Assembly (NCBI GenBank): GCA_977030845.1
Contig: OZ365116.1
Span: 16,678,001-16,742,000, forward strand
Reading direction: 5' to 3'
Length of the DNA: 64,000 bases
From: Fimbriosthenelais zetlandica
Lineage: Eukaryota
Shown piece by piece: positions 36,701 to 51,600 of this stretch (position 1 is the stretch's first letter; each line of letters opens with the position of its first letter). The notes beneath the pieces were generated by a model, which was not told the DNA's origin, ran no database searches, and saw only the letters and a list, made by a program, of their open reading frames with translations. The position numbers and the translations under genes are program-made.

Positions 36701-39700
36701 ACAGTTTGCCTGGGGAGAGATTTCCATCCCTAGGGGTAACTTTTCTACAGTGAAGAGCCACACATAGTTTGGCGGTGGGTGTCAGTGTTGCCCACCATTC
36801 TACATTGAAGGATGGCCATGGGGCAGAGGGCCATGGGCTGATAGGCGACTCAATGACCAGACAGGGAATCCACTCAAACCCATGGAGAATATAATGTATG
36901 TATTTGTATCTGCTGCCTGCGTTATATACATATGTACGGTAGGGTGTAAAGACCTTAGATACCAAAGGGTCTGGCTACAGAAATGACTGAACCCATTCCA
37001 TGAAAAAAATATCCAACATAACCCATTAGCTGTGTGAAAAGACTAATAGAGGTCTAATAGAACCCCATTTGTAATGCAACATCCCCTTAATGCCATTCCA
37101 AGAAAAAGGTTGTGTGCCATTAGCTGTCTGCAGACTGATGCAGTGCTTCATTTTTTATGAATCGGCCCCTAGATTGGGCTTTAAATCAGCAGTAGGGGGT
37201 CTGGTGGAAGGGCCTGGCAAGCCCCATGTGGGACCAGGAGTAATTATTCTGATATATCAGAAAGTTTTACCCTAAGTTGTGAAGGCTGCAATGATCAAGA
37301 GATGTCTGCTTGGTATATCACTAGTAGAGAAGCTGAAAAACTGATCCTGTCCTTCTGAAATACAGCTCTTCCTCACTCACTTATACAGAGAGAATAGCAG
37401 GCTTACAGAACACTGTAGTGGTTTTGACAATGTTCCCAAGGCCTTTGTCTTACTGACAAAAGACTGGTAGCAATATCATTTGCAGATAAAAAAGGGACTT
37501 AGAAATGCACACAAGGGGAAGCCTTATATGAGGATATAGGCCTAATATTATTATAAAGATCTAGCCAGGAGTCCATTACAGCCCAGCCCGGAATCAATTG
37601 GAAGGGGAGGCGAATAATTTAGTGGTGAAATATTGGTATCCAATAGGACTATTTCCTACTGGGCTTTCTTGGCTTAGTGGATGTAATGGGAATGGTTTCA
37701 TGGGGAGGCGTTTGAGAGGAGATGGGGAAATAGGAATGGAGGGAGAAGAGAGAGGTGACATTAGTCAGGGCTATCACAACTTACCAGGTGTCAGAGGGGG
37801 ATTGACATCTCCCATCCTCCCCCATTCTACCCCGAACATCCACATCCTCCCCCCACCCCCTCTACCCAACCGTCCACACTGTCCCACCTTTGGTCAGTGG
37901 ATACCTTTACCTTGTTGTAAGCCTACATTTACACGCATTAGACGTAAAAAGAAGGGAGGAATGCCATGGTCATCAGACAGAGATCTGTTATGTGGACACT
38001 GGTCCTTACTCTCACTTCATTTAGTGCGCCATAAGACTGAGAGTGAAGGTAGAGCGGGGGACGGGGTGCTCCATACATTTGTCTTGTTTTGTCATGACAC
38101 CTTATCGCCTCTTCATGAGCCCACAACACGCCACACGCAAACTTTTTCATCTATTTTTATTAATGCAAACTCCCTAATGTTTCAATTACTACCACATCCA
38201 AGGCTTCAGATGGCACTGTGAACTTCCCACAGTGTTAAGGTGTCAGAATTAAGTAATGTCCCGGGGTCGTTTCCCAAAATAATTTAGCCAATATTAGGCG
38301 ATATATGTATTTCATACGTCCAGCCGACAAGTCCATCGTTACTAGATTCATATGAGAAGCAGGAATATGTGCTCATGTAGTGTCACAATACTGTCATTTA
38401 GCTGTGTTAACATCATATGACACGGCTGATTTAGTTGAAAATCGGCTTAGTGGAGACAACGGTTTACATAGATAAAACTTTGCTGTGAATATGAAATGAC
38501 TTGAGTGATAAATTTGAAGCAGAAGTCAGCATTGCTTTGAAGAAGCTGCGTGACTCATTCTCCTTTTTCGTCTTCCTGCCAACATTATGAGTAAATGAGC
38601 TTTTTATCGCCTCTAGCACCAGCCAATGGTGACCCCTATCTGGGCCTTATCACTCCTAGTCCTGATGGCGAGAAAATTTGGCTTGCCAGCAATAATTGAG
38701 AATTGCCATGTGTCAAATCTGCCTGAATAACTCAAGGCTATACTCACTCAGGTCTTAAGTGCTTAAGGCTGCCCTAAAGATGCCTCTAAAGGCAAATTGT
38801 TGACGCAGTGGTCTTATGATTTATTGTTCTTGGTACCCGACTGTACCCAGTTATGCTGTCGCATGCTCTTAAAAAGCAAAGTAGGTTTAGAACCTTTGTA
38901 ATGGATCCAGCTCTCGAGGCCAGGTTTTTACCTTGAGAAGCTGTTGGCTGTGCATTATTGTGAAGGGTTTATGGTGCTACTTCACACCCCATGGCCATAA
39001 CACGGCACCAAAAGGACTTATAAATGGAAATAATAGTCACATAAGTTGGCCATTTTACCTTGAGGAAGATAGGATGAATGGGACAAGGAAGGGATGAGGA
39101 GAATTTGAATATTTCCTGATGAATATTTTATCATCAGGCCCGTAAGACTTGCACCAAGAAGGGTGAGGCAATAGTTTTATGGAGTTAATGTGCATTTCCT
39201 CACTAAAGTTTATTCTGAAACTTACCCCGGGAGTGATAACGGTTGTCCAGGAGGAGGATGTCTCCTCATTTCTAGGATGGCCACCAGGGTCAGCCAGCAA
39301 GAGAAAAAACAGAAAAATGGGGAATGAAATCAATGTTGGCTGGAGGGCGATATGGAGCGGTTAGATGCTCACTGAGTTGTGCCTGCCTCCGGCAAACGAC
39401 TCTATCTAAACAAAACAAGACAGAGGAGAGTCCAAACATGTCCATCTGAGCAGAATCCCTGATGACAAATAACCTCACTCTTCCTGATCAGCATATAAAC
39501 CTAATAATATTTTCCTCGTGGTTCAGAATTTTAAGGTCAGTTTCCACTCAGCGGATGGAGAGCCATAGATTATGTTTTAGAGATAACTGTGGACTGTCTA
39601 AGGCCCATGGTGGATCCATAGCTTTAGGGCTGAAACTGACAGCGTAACGATGCACAAGGGCAAGAGGTGAAAAGCAGAGAGAATGGATTGGAAAACTTGT

Positions 39701-42700
39701 TGGGAAAATAGGCTACAGATTTAGATGAGAAAACGTGACTGCTTTAGGAATAGCCAAAAAGAAGGGCTGCCAAATTCCACCCAGACCAGTACCGCAACTG
39801 CCTTGAATTTTTATACCTCCTGCAGGCCAAATGTCTGGATTTTACATGGTTGTAAATGTCCCACAGAACAACCAAGTGGTCAACAAACATGCCATCTATG
39901 ACGAGAGGTGAAAAATGCACCAAGGCTGCTTCAATATGTAGTTTGTGGCACACAATTTGGGATATAACAAAATCAGTGGTTAGTCCTGAAGGGTTGTATT
40001 GCCCAAACGAGTTTTATGTATAGGACCGAAGGCAGTGAATCAATACCAAGATTTCTGTAGGGAATTTAAAGCCCCAGAACCATTGGTTAGACGCTGGTGA
40101 GTTGCGCATTTAGGGGTATGAGATACAGGTTGATTCTATTTATAAAACGGTATAGAGATTGTATATCGCCAGTGGTTTAAAACTTTTTGTGAAACATGGA
40201 AGTCGACAACATGGATGCCCTATTTAATTGAAGTAAAACCATTCTTTCTGCCAATGTTTAATCCTATTGTTTGGATTAGGAAGTGTTCGCCATTCCAAGG
40301 CGTATGTCGGTGTCAGTATTCCCTAGGTTGCTGGGGGGTAATTGCACAAGACCTGGCGATGTAAACACCCCATTGATTGACGCTAGTGCCCACCCCACTC
40401 AGGGGTCAATCCCCCATCCTGATTTCCCGAAAGGTTAAATGTGCTTCCCATTAAAAATAGATTGGATGAGAACTTGGGCCAATTTGCTGGCTTCCACTTG
40501 ACCTTGTCCTTCAACTTAGTGTGACAACTTTACTGCTCACATCCTGAGCCGCCTTAAAGTGTTAGTAGAGAGATTTATATAAAATATCCTCATTCTAATC
40601 AATGTGTAAGCTGTCTGAATTGGATCAGAAGGTCGGTGATTCTAACCCTGAGCTGTCTGGGCTTTTTCTCTGTCTGGCTAGGGTAAGCCTTTAAATCTGC
40701 CGTAATATTCAATCATATTCAGGCAGGAAAGTACATTTTCATTCTGCGCAGAGGTCTGAGAGTGGAGTGGGAGGAACTCTGTGCATCCATATCTTTCGAT
40801 TTATTGTGTCTTTTTGCTCCCCTGAGCATTATGGCTTATGAGGTAAGGCAGGTCCTGCGGGGACCTTTGTCTTGTCCTATTCATTCACCAACTCCACGGC
40901 GAACAAATCTCATGAGGTTTATGCCTCAGGTCATACCAGTCACGAAACCAGAAACAAATCATTGAATCAAACATGACTGTCAAAAGCACTTCTTTCTAAT
41001 TGTTGTATTACCCTGTTAAGTGGATCTGTGTTTGCACTACAAATAGTGTGAGTGGAAGACATTGTTTAAGTGGAGCAAGGTTTTCCTTGGAGGGAGAGAG
41101 AAAAAAGCCGAGAGAAAAATCGATGACCGCACGTGGAGGTTATCCCCAGTATAAATGTTTTAAGGCTGACAAACGCGACTAAGACTTCCTGAAGTTCGTT
41201 GTCAGAATTTCAGCTTTGCTTCTCTGAAGGGGTGAAGGGTGAATTCGTCTGGAAAGTAAAGCCGGAGATCTACTGAATGTGAGAGACATGCCTTCAGACA
41301 TTCCTAAAGAGGGTTTCAAACAAGGCTTAAGGCAAGGTCAAACCTATAACCATTAGGCAAAACATCTGTGTATTTAGGAATTATTTCAGCATTTTGAGCT
41401 CATAAGACCGCACTGGAGCTATGGTCGTTAATTCTTTAGGGCCTTTGTGGTTCAAAAAGCAGTCTTGTTAAGGTTCAGTACGTTAGACAGCAATGATATA
41501 ATGATTAGCCACTGATTACAGTACCGCCCATACTTCACTACTAACGTACATGTACCTCTAACTCACGTTCAGGGAGCTGTGTCAGAAGAAAAGTTGATTT
41601 GCAGTTAGGCTGGGATATGCAGACTGCGCAGGAGTATAAGAATTAAAGTTCCAAAAACCAGTTGCTCTCAGAATCACTTCTTAAAATTCATTATGAAACC
41701 GTCCCCAGTTTAGCATTAATCAGCTTATTTAGATTCCCAAGGGAAGATAATCCTTTCACAGCACTAATAGGTGATCATCAGCGTTCCTTGTTATCCCTTC
41801 ACTAAGACAATAACTCATGGCCCACAGGGAGACATAAGCAAATTATAAAATGTCTTTTCCTGGCATTAAGCCATATTTAATGAGTGCAAAAAGTCAGAGG
41901 GCATCATCTACAGCCCCTCAGCTGAATTACCTTTTGTGTAACATCATTTCCATTTAGGGCCTGTTTCATAGAAATCGTTTGGAAAGTTTTGCACTATAGG
42001 CGGAGTAATAGACCGGAATATTACACTTTCAACCAAGGGCTATTTGATAGGATTCGTATATTTTATGGGCGAAGAAATCGATTGGGTGCTTTGGATCACT
42101 ATGCTCATTGCCCCATTACAGAATGAACCAGATCACTTTTATTGATCTAACTTGGAACAGGATGTCGAATTGGTTATCTGCCACATTATCTTGCTGGTAT
42201 ATGCTGAATGGTATATGAAGAATTACAATAATCCCAGAGAGAGGAAGGTATACTCTTAAAGTGTCCTATTTTTTTGAGAGAATCCGGTATGCATTGGTTC
42301 AGCCTCCATGCCCTGTTGTTCAGTCATTTCTCCGTGCACTCAACTCTTCAAGAGGCCCATTATAAGTAAACGTATTATTTGCCTAGTCACAGCATGTTTT
42401 CAAGCTAAGTGGAGCACTAGGAAAGAGTCTGAAAGAGGATTAAACCACAGGAACCGGAAATCAGGTCCACTTCCTGTTGAGAGGTTCAGCCCATTGCCAC
42501 TAGACGGGGGTTTAGGTGGAAATTGTTGGTTTAGAGGCGGGGAAGTGGATCTATTGGTGGAGAAGGGCATGGAAAATGGCTGCCACGTCACGCCCACCCT
42601 TCTAAGCAGCGTTTCCTGTTTTATTTTAACTTGCTGAAAGATAAATTAGTTAAGTGTTCACCACAATGCCCGATTTACGTCTTAATAGCCTAAAACATGG

Positions 42701-44783
42701 CAGAGTTTGATGAGGCAGTGATGTTAGCGTACCAGGTCATCCATCCACTGACACACCATCCATGTTTTAAGGGTGTCTTAAGCCTGATCTTATACTGTTA
42801 AGACCTCAGTGACCTCATGGCCAATGGCCTAACGTAGAAAATGACATGAGAGGGCGAGTGGCTGGAGAGAGCGCCGGTGAGCATCTAACCGACCTGCTCA
42901 ACCTCAGTCCGCGGTGCCTTTTAATGGGGCACGTAGGTACCTACTCCACTAAATGACTCTCCCGCACGTTGAGATGTTGAGATGAGGTGGAGAGAATGGA
43001 TCTCAGACATTGAGTTGCTCCTCCTCCCCCCGGACCAGCTCTCCATAGTCTAAGTAGGGTAAAGAGAGGAAGTATTAGATTATTTGGTAGAGCCCCAATC
43101 CGTGGTTCTCTGGTGAAGTCGTTGGTTGGAGGTCGAAGATTGTTGTGATTATTTCTCTTGATATGTGGCTATTTATGCCATGTATGATATTTCGTATTAC
43201 CTTGATAGGTGTCACTAATCGTGAAGGGCATATATATCCCCATGCATCTCTAGCCACCTAAGCCTATTATCCATACAGTAGCTGAAGCCACAAGTGTGCT
43301 ATGTCGCGATCCCCTCAGCTTGGAGCATCCCATCTGAATTATGTGACTCGGATTTCTAATCAAGACTTCTCATTGCATATTGTGGTCATGGCTTAAGGGA
43401 CCGGGGCTTGAATCAGTGCCAGCAAGGCCCAGGGCTGGTTTCCTAAGATAATTCAGAGACAAAGATTCTCACAGCAAAGTCCCTTATCATTTACATGCTG
43501 AATATATTCATCCCAGTAGCATTCTTCAATAATCCAACTATTCTTTTCAAGAACTATTGAAGACATTGAATGGTCTTTTTGAATTTTCTCTAGATATTTA
43601 TTACGAAACAGACCCGTCTACAGACACTAATATAATGACTTAGTTAACAGTCGACGGTGGCCAGCGTGAAATACTGTGGTGCAAATTACCATGACCAGGG
43701 GTTTGTTTCATAGTAAATATGCACAGAAAGGTATTAGAAAAGCTTAGATCCTGCTCATAAATCATGATTCAAAGTCAGATAATGTCTGGGAGGTTTTTTA
43801 CGGCTCCCAACCCTAATAGTTAGACACTGAAATGCCGCCTTTTACTGCCTGCCTTCACACCCCACCGTATTGAGACTTGCTTAATCTCGGTCAGACACAT
43901 ATTAAGAGGCCGGGCGATAAATTTCTCTCCTCACACAGCCTCGTCATCTCTAAAAATGGTAATACCACCCATAAAATGAGGGAGATGGAATCGTACTTGG
44001 TTCCACATAGATGGCCTGCCATAAAATGGATTCTTGGGACCAGTTCCATAACAAATGCCACAGAGAATAGTTTCACAGGCTTTGTGTTTATGATAATGAT
44101 GGAGGACATTTTTCCTGAGACTGTCCCCCTGAAGAGTCATTTTAGCAAGCACTCCATGCCCAATACTCCCAAAATGGATACCTTAATTTAAAGGAAATGA
44201 AGTTGGTGAGAATAAAAGCATGGCTCAGTTATGGAGAGAGGTGGTAGAATTTAACGGCGGCCAATATGATTGGAATTTCACATGCCATCATGCAACTCGT
44301 TCCCGCCATCTTACGCTCTGGACACACTCAACCGATTTCCGCTTTTCTTCACCGAGTTAATGACTTAAGTTCTGTCATTGAGTGGCGTAACAATAGAGCA
44401 GCCCACGGCGAAAACTGAAACAATTAGGCATTCCATGAAAAGCAGAAAGTCTGTTTGCCATCAGATGTAAAATGTGCTTAGTGAAGGCGAGTCCTTTGAG
44501 CCTTTCACATTTGTGAATCAAGTAAAAGCGCCGCCTTGTGGTAATACAGATAGGCATGCCCGCTATAAGCTTCCTCCCTCTGTAGGATACCCGCCTGATG
44601 TATGACTGAATTATAAATAGATGCTTATTAACTCTGTATGATGCACACAAGTGACTCAGCAATTTTCCTTGTTCATTCCTGGGGTGAAATATTCACACAC
44701 GTCCTTTCTATCACCCTCAATTACACTAGTCCCATTCTTGCATGGAAAAGACCTACTAGAACGTGCATACATCATATATATGT

Positions 44784-44845
44784 ACTGAGGAATGGTTAAA
44801 ACCACCAGCTATCTCACTGTAAGATCATAGGTTCGATTCCCATCC
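44784..44845 (+). mobile_element. Degenerate tRNA-derived SINE-like head
   Basis: A-box-like TGAGGAATGGTTAA and B-box GGTTCGATTCC (44831-44841); no acceptor stem. Confidence 0.35.
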
Positions 44846-47800
44846 TTTGCAGTATTAGATGAGCGTGTCCCTGGGGCATCACCTCAAGCAGCAAACAGGA
44901 TTCGTGACTTGGCAAACTTGTTTCACAGCAGTGACATGCCATAAAATGGTGGTATAGGCAGACTTGCTGGTCTTGTTTGCCACTGACACAAATGAAGGGA
45001 GATGGACATTGGTGTGTGGCTTCACGGCTCCCCACCACACCTCCCATCTCTCCTTCCTAACGAAAATGTTTACACTGTAAATACCTCGGCCATAAGAGCA
45101 CGCCGTGCTTGAAACTATTCCTTAATATCCCTCTCCGCTAAACGATATAGTACCATGTTATTAAGACCATAGATCTACTGCGGTCTTAAAGAGTGTGAAA
45201 TAGGGGTTAAGACATTGATTCCCATGACTTAAGGTTGCCTTAAAGCAAAAGTCCCTGAAGACCACAAAGAGGAAGGTCCCCAATGGCCAGAAGATCATGC
45301 CTATGTCAGTGAGCTGCTATGCGCTTAAAACATGGCTGTATAAAGTTGTGTGAGTGTGTTACATGGTTTTCTATTATCTCTGAGGGATAAAGCCTGGGAG
45401 TTACTTGGCAGGGCTTTCAGATGAGGATGGTGAAATGACACGGCCGAGACATCGCTCGATCCAACCAATTGCTGGTTCACGTGCCCTGGTCACAAATTGG
45501 TAGGGGATATATCAGTTACCGCGCTGCATATAGGCTGGAGACTTGTGGCCAAGCCCCTCCCTCGAGTGCCATAAATCTGACCAAGCCTATATAGGGGTCC
45601 CAGTTGGCTTTTGTGCAATCTGAAGGCAACATGAGGGATGGTGGCGGAGATAGCATCTCAAATACAACCCCTCAGACTGCCAGAAATAGTGTCTCCTGCC
45701 TGTATACTTCAAATACTAGATGCTATCTCTCTACAGTCAACTGCTTCACTTCTAATTTATGATTGACCACATGATTGCTCTCTGTATTCCAATACAAGGT
45801 CACGCTTCCAACTCTTTTTTGTATTTGCCGGAGATAAGGCAGGCCAAGTTGAGGCAAAGACGTGGACTATGTTGAGGAAATTTATCTCAGTAGAAACTTG
45901 TATCGACATGTCCATACAAATATATAAAAACTATTATTTGCTTCACTGTTCTTGAAGCCCGGAAGATAAGATATTTTGAACAACATAGAAATGGGCGAAG
46001 GCCTCCAACCCCATAAAGATCTGTTCAATATCAGTTTTTTATATAGTTCTATTAAACCTCGACTGGCTGCTTCCTTATCTTAGGATATTGCTATGCCATG
46101 TATGGTAGCAGAGATGTCCCGCAAATTATCTACCACACATTACTTGGCCTGACCGTTACCAGGTCATCCCATACCAGTCATATCCTCTCCTAGCCTACCA
46201 TACTATAGGATTTTTTCATGACCTCAGGGAAATCTTCCTGGAAGAAAAAGATGACCTCAGACTCGTGCATGAGTCCCTTGCTGAGAGAGTCCCTCCTGTG
46301 GTAGACAACTTCTCAATAGTGCCAGATATAGCTGAGTTAGCTGTAACATCAGCTTTGATACTCAAAGGTCGTAAGTTTGAACGCCACTTGCACCCTTCCC
46401 TGCCAGTTTTCACCCCCTCTTCACTGTTCTTCAATCGTGAACAAATCATGTCTGTATGAAGGTGAACCGGTATGTATACATGGACTGGTATTAATATTGT
46501 GAACAAATGAGTATGTGTCTGTGAGGGGTTGTAGAGTATGACCTCAGCGGGCCGGCCACATCGCATGAGGCCCGGACCATCTGTTGTAATATCCATGCCC
46601 CTATCGGGGGTCATGCTTTTGGAAGTAGCAGCGATACTTTACAGTCTCATTGGGACCCACCTCCCGCCAGTTGATGCGGACCGGGTGATAGATAAAAGGA
46701 CTGAATGACTCCTAGTGGTTCACAACACACCTGAGCTGCTCCTACACTCCTCTTTCTCTATTCACTTTGCTCTTGGTGAAGGCCCTCTGGAGGTTTGAAC
46801 TCTGGCTGAGGATATCTCAATCTACTGGAATAACTTAATTTGAGACCGGCTAATGAGCTATACTAGTCTACGGTCTGGAGGCTCTGAAAAACATGAGCAC
46901 AAAACTATGATCTGATCTGTCTGTTGTGCAGGATACGATTTCTGTTGTTGAAAAACTAAATATATGTAATATGAGATTGCAATTTGAATGCAACTGAGAT
47001 AACGTATACCCTAGCCGTCCGTTATTAGGTTTGAAGCCATACCATGCCAGGCATCCCTGGAGACTGTGAATCTGCCTGCAGTAAACATACCAATAAATAT
47101 TGCCTTCTCATAAACATTCCAGGCTTAACACAAACATTAAGAAGTAAATCATACCTAACGTTTAAACTACCATTTGCTGTGGTGACCACCAGGGAATCAA
47201 TGACCGCGGCTTGATTGGCTTGACCTTTGGTCAGACTCATTCGTATTACATGGCGTGCCTTTAGCCATGCTCCTATATACCCGGGGCCTAATCGGGTTAG
47301 GGGCATGAGGCAAACATTGAACCGCAACGAGAGAATTCCTATCATACATCAATGTACCGTAAACCATGGCTACTCTTCCCGGCCCTCGTTACTTTGACAA
47401 CGCGCCCAAGATTATTCATGATTAGATTTTCTAGATTTACTACGTAGCCATAAACCTTCTAACCTCGAATTTCGAGTCCTGGAGCCTTATCTCATCTAGA
47501 AAACCATGTGAAGCCTGAATTAGTTTTGCAAGGTTTGCTTGGTATACGGTAAGGCGTAGTGTATGTCATTGAGGCCTCCCTTGATGATAAGGTAAGTAAG
47601 TAACGTGGTGGAGGTATAGTCGGCCATCAGGGAGTTAGCAGCATAGCCTGCCTATAATAAACCATTGATTAACGCTCACCTAACGCCCTCAATTTAAAAT
47701 GACATTCTAGGCACCGAAAACACCCTGCTTTAACAATCTGTCAGGCAATGTCCTGCTAACATAACAACTTTGTTTGAGGGAAGAATAGTAACTCATAGGT

Positions 47801-48480
47801 TGACGCCAATTTTGAGGATCTACATGCATCTGAATGTACGGTCAAGGGCTTTCCTAATGTGCTGTACTTTCTGTACTTGCAACGACATACTAATCATGTC
47901 AGAGCATTCCTTTATTGAAGCCTTCCTCTGAACGGATCATTGGAATCAGGGTTTTTTTCTCTCCTTGAAATTGGAACAGATCTTATCTTGTTTTCTGGAT
48001 CCAATCCAGAACCAATCGAGTTTTTTTCAAATCTAATTTCTGTTCCCCTGATTAAATTAATTAAATTGAAGAAGAAACTTGGCTTCTTGGGAGGGGTGAT
48101 GTATTTCTTAGCTCCCACTTGAAGGCAGTCTAACATTAGTAAATATTGTACCACCTTCATCTAAGTATGACAGCTTGGTTGGTCCATTCAACATACATTC
48201 CTAATCCCCCACAGCAGTTTGAGGGTTTTAGATCCAGGGCAGACTCATCCATTTCAAGTGGAGATATCAATAGAGTGCCCAGTGTGGCTGAAGCTAAAGC
48301 CCTGTTCCGATTTCTAATGGTTTTATGATTTAGACAGATTGCCTGAAGCTGGACGAATGACTGTTATGTTTACTGACTTCCAATTGAGACCCGTGGCCAT
48401 GAAACGCAACATTGGTTATCTCTGAAGATGAATGACATAGGTGGATATTGTCGGCAGAATACGACATACTGCTGGCCTAC

Positions 48481-48498
48481 CAGGGGAGTGTTTCATAA
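48481..48498. repeat. Representative end of dispersed family C (consensus approx. CAGGGGNCTGTTTCATAA)
   Basis: Similar ends at 14497, 41956, 43696, 48481, 49677 and 60926, and reversed at 29023-29040 and 41691-41706. Confidence 0.5.
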
Positions 48499-48636
48499 GA
48501 CTAAAGCGAGCTGCGTATGTCCTCATAGCCTTAAATATCATTAGGGAAGATACCCTATGCCACAGTTACCAGTAGTATGAGGCAGAGCAAAAATATTTCA
48601 TGTTTGATATTCTCAAGAGTTGCTGGTTGCCTGCTT

Positions 48637-48672
48637 GTCACCATGACAACCCAGGCGCTGGCCGTGACGTCA
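48637..48672. promoter_or_regulatory. RFX X-box-like motif next to a perfect CRE
   Basis: GTCACCATGACAAC (48637-48650; one mismatch to the X-box GTNRCC-N(0-3)-RGYAAC) and TGACGTCA (48665-48672). Confidence 0.25.
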
Positions 48673-51600
48673 CCACATCACTATAAATTAATTTAATGTT
48701 TCTCTGACGCCTGGCTCAATGACGCCGCATATGAATGTCATGTCATATCAAATACAACATCCTTAAATAAATCGATATTAAAAGCTTTGACGTAAGCATC
48801 CCCACCCGCTGTATACCGATCCATTCTCACTAAACCGATTTTCATCTGATGAGTATCGGATTTACCTCTTTTTACGCCTCCTGTATATAATTGGAGCAGG
48901 GGAATACTCCGAGGTGAAGCCACCCACTATTAATATTAAACCATTAGGTTTTATTTGAAGAAACGTCTTTGGCTTGTGGGAGGAAATGGACGTAGTGTAG
49001 CCTGTAATAAATGTGATATTTGAATTGCTTGCAACATGACGCCTCCAAGCTCAGCCACTAGCCTGCTTTATTGCTCAGGCAATTGACTTAACTGTGCAGG
49101 CACGGTTTCATATCTGCTCTCCAGAAGCGTTCATTTATTGGGGACGGTCTTCTTTTTTGTCCATGACAATTCCGGTCATATTTAGACTTCAACTTAATTA
49201 ACAGCGAAGAGACGCAATGTCTCTTTCCATCAGTAGACTGTATAACTTTAGTACACTCCTATTCCATTTTCTGTGCTCTATAATATATATCATTCACTAA
49301 ATTCAGTAGTGCTCATTAGAGCGGCTCACAGGGCTTTATACTGGAAATCCCGTGAGTCCTCATGTGGATTAGACATTGCCTGATATCTGAATTTTGCCTG
49401 AATATTACGCCGTTTCGTGTGTAGGAAGAAATGGATGTGCCTTTTTTTATTTAACCGGCCCCCGGCTAGCTGTCAGCGTATAAAACAAAGACAAGATGAA
49501 GTTTTGCATTATTTACAACTTCCTTGTGTAACTGCTCGTCTGAGCAGTGAAACAATCCCAACCCTTGCCATATTTACATTAAAATGACGTATTACATTGC
49601 CCTGCACTAGCTTCGCCTACTTTCTTCTTATTAAATTGTGATTTGCGGATCTTGGCGGAATACTATCCAATATGAGCCGGGGCTTGTTTCATAAATGTTA
49701 AAAAGATGTGATAAGCCACCTTCATAAGGGAACCTTTAGGGTACATTAAGCCTCTTTTAAGGCTAGGTGAAAACATTATAAATATGCATGATTTATAATC
49801 CAGAGAAGAAGGTAGTTTAATTACGACTGGATCCCGAAACATTTTTCATGCTAAATAAGTTTTATCTATTAATCTCTTTCCCTTATCTCTGGAATAATTA
49901 TTGGACCTTGGGGCTCCGTACAGACCAAGTAATTACAGACCTTATCAATTATCCTATGATGTTTTTTCTATAGCATTAAACTTTTAATATCATCACTACA
50001 AAGATGTAAACTTTGATCAGCCTTTGATGATCTTTTTGAACCGTGTTTTATATGTATACATGTTGTTGTACATGTATGTATCAGCCAATAAGTCAGAGCT
50101 TCTGATCGTCTGTTGAGGGTTCTTCAGTTCAATATGCGCTTAATTTGTCTTTTGTGCAACTGGTCTTTTTCAAGTGTCATCTCCTTCACTGAAGGACTCA
50201 GTTTCCAACTCCTTTAATGGACAAAACTTAACCATGCACCATCAGCTCTCTGTGATTGAGTGATGCCCGGCAACCCAAGCCCACAGGATTTGGCCGCCCT
50301 GATACGGCCAATCTGGGCTCCCGGCTGCCTACCCAGACCTAACCCTACACATTATCCCATTCCGGTCTCTATAAGCTACTTCTTTATGCTTCCCTACTCT
50401 TCTCCCTACTCCCAGGGGACCAGTTGAATATATATTGCAGAAATATTCAGCTCTGACCAGAAATAGTTTTGCCACACTTTCAAGTTAGTGCCTTGATCCA
50501 CGGCGGTCTTAAGGAGTGGGTGTGGTAAGGCCATCTATAAGATGTCACTAAAGATGCCTTCAGATTGATTCCTTTCCACCCGTAAGATCACATATACTGA
50601 ATAGGAAACGTTTGTTAGGGATAATAAATGTGACAGACATGGCCAGAGGGTTGGTTCCACTATGTATAAATGGGTAAAGATTGATAGTGGACTTTGGGAA
50701 GGAATAGAAGGCCAACAAGTTTGTGATGGATCGGTTTTTGTGGAACACAGAAAGATTTTAGTTGTGAATCAGACCCAGTGCTCTCCCACGCTCTTACTTC
50801 ACATTGATCAATGACACTAAAAGTGGGAAAAAAACATCCCAAGTAGACCCCAGGGGGTAGGACCAGGGGCACCAGGCTTGCCTAAAGCAATGAAGCTTTC
50901 TATGGAATTCAGGAATGGTACTCGTTGTGATTTTACTGGTGGCAATGTGCTAATTTAATAGTAAAGCTACTGAAGTTTCAAATAATCTATCTTTTTTGGC
51001 AAAATGGATCAATGCATCTTGTTTTTCTTGAGAAATACCATCCTACCCCTATACACATATGGCAATGCACGAGTACTGCACCACTAAGGGACCAAGTCTC
51101 CAGTTTCCTGGTGCTGTTTTGAGGACAGCTAATGGTATACCTCTCCCTCTACCCTTCTTAACCAGCTACTAATTGACTCTCAGACACAAAGTGCTACTCC
51201 TGTTTTAATGTCCAAGTTGGCCACTTCAGCTATCATATGATGTTAGCCATATAAAAAACTGCATTTATTGATTATCCTATCCAAAGTATGACCCAAGCCT
51301 GGGGACAGTTTCAGGTTAGATGGTACATAGAACTTATGCTCAGGATATCCTACCTTCTCCTCCTGAATTTTCTGAGACAGGTCCTCGATGTGCACTATTT
51401 ATGAAAGCTTTTTGGCAGGAGTTTCAACTGCGGAATGTGTTTGGCTAAAGTTTGGTCAGTCCTGAGTGCCTTAACTTGATTATGAAGCCTTCATTGGATT
51501 AACTAGGTAGAAGCTTTCTGAGCAGGGGCTTTCCTGGACCTTCCTTTGCCCTCCTGGGTTCACATCGGGGGCTTTTGACTACACTTAAGCCTTTAAGTTA

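Noticed and set aside
37598-38221. Longest ORF in the track (207 aa)
   Set aside because: TTG start, composition driven by a purine tract followed by a pyrimidine tract (Gly/Glu then Pro runs), no domain and no splice signals.
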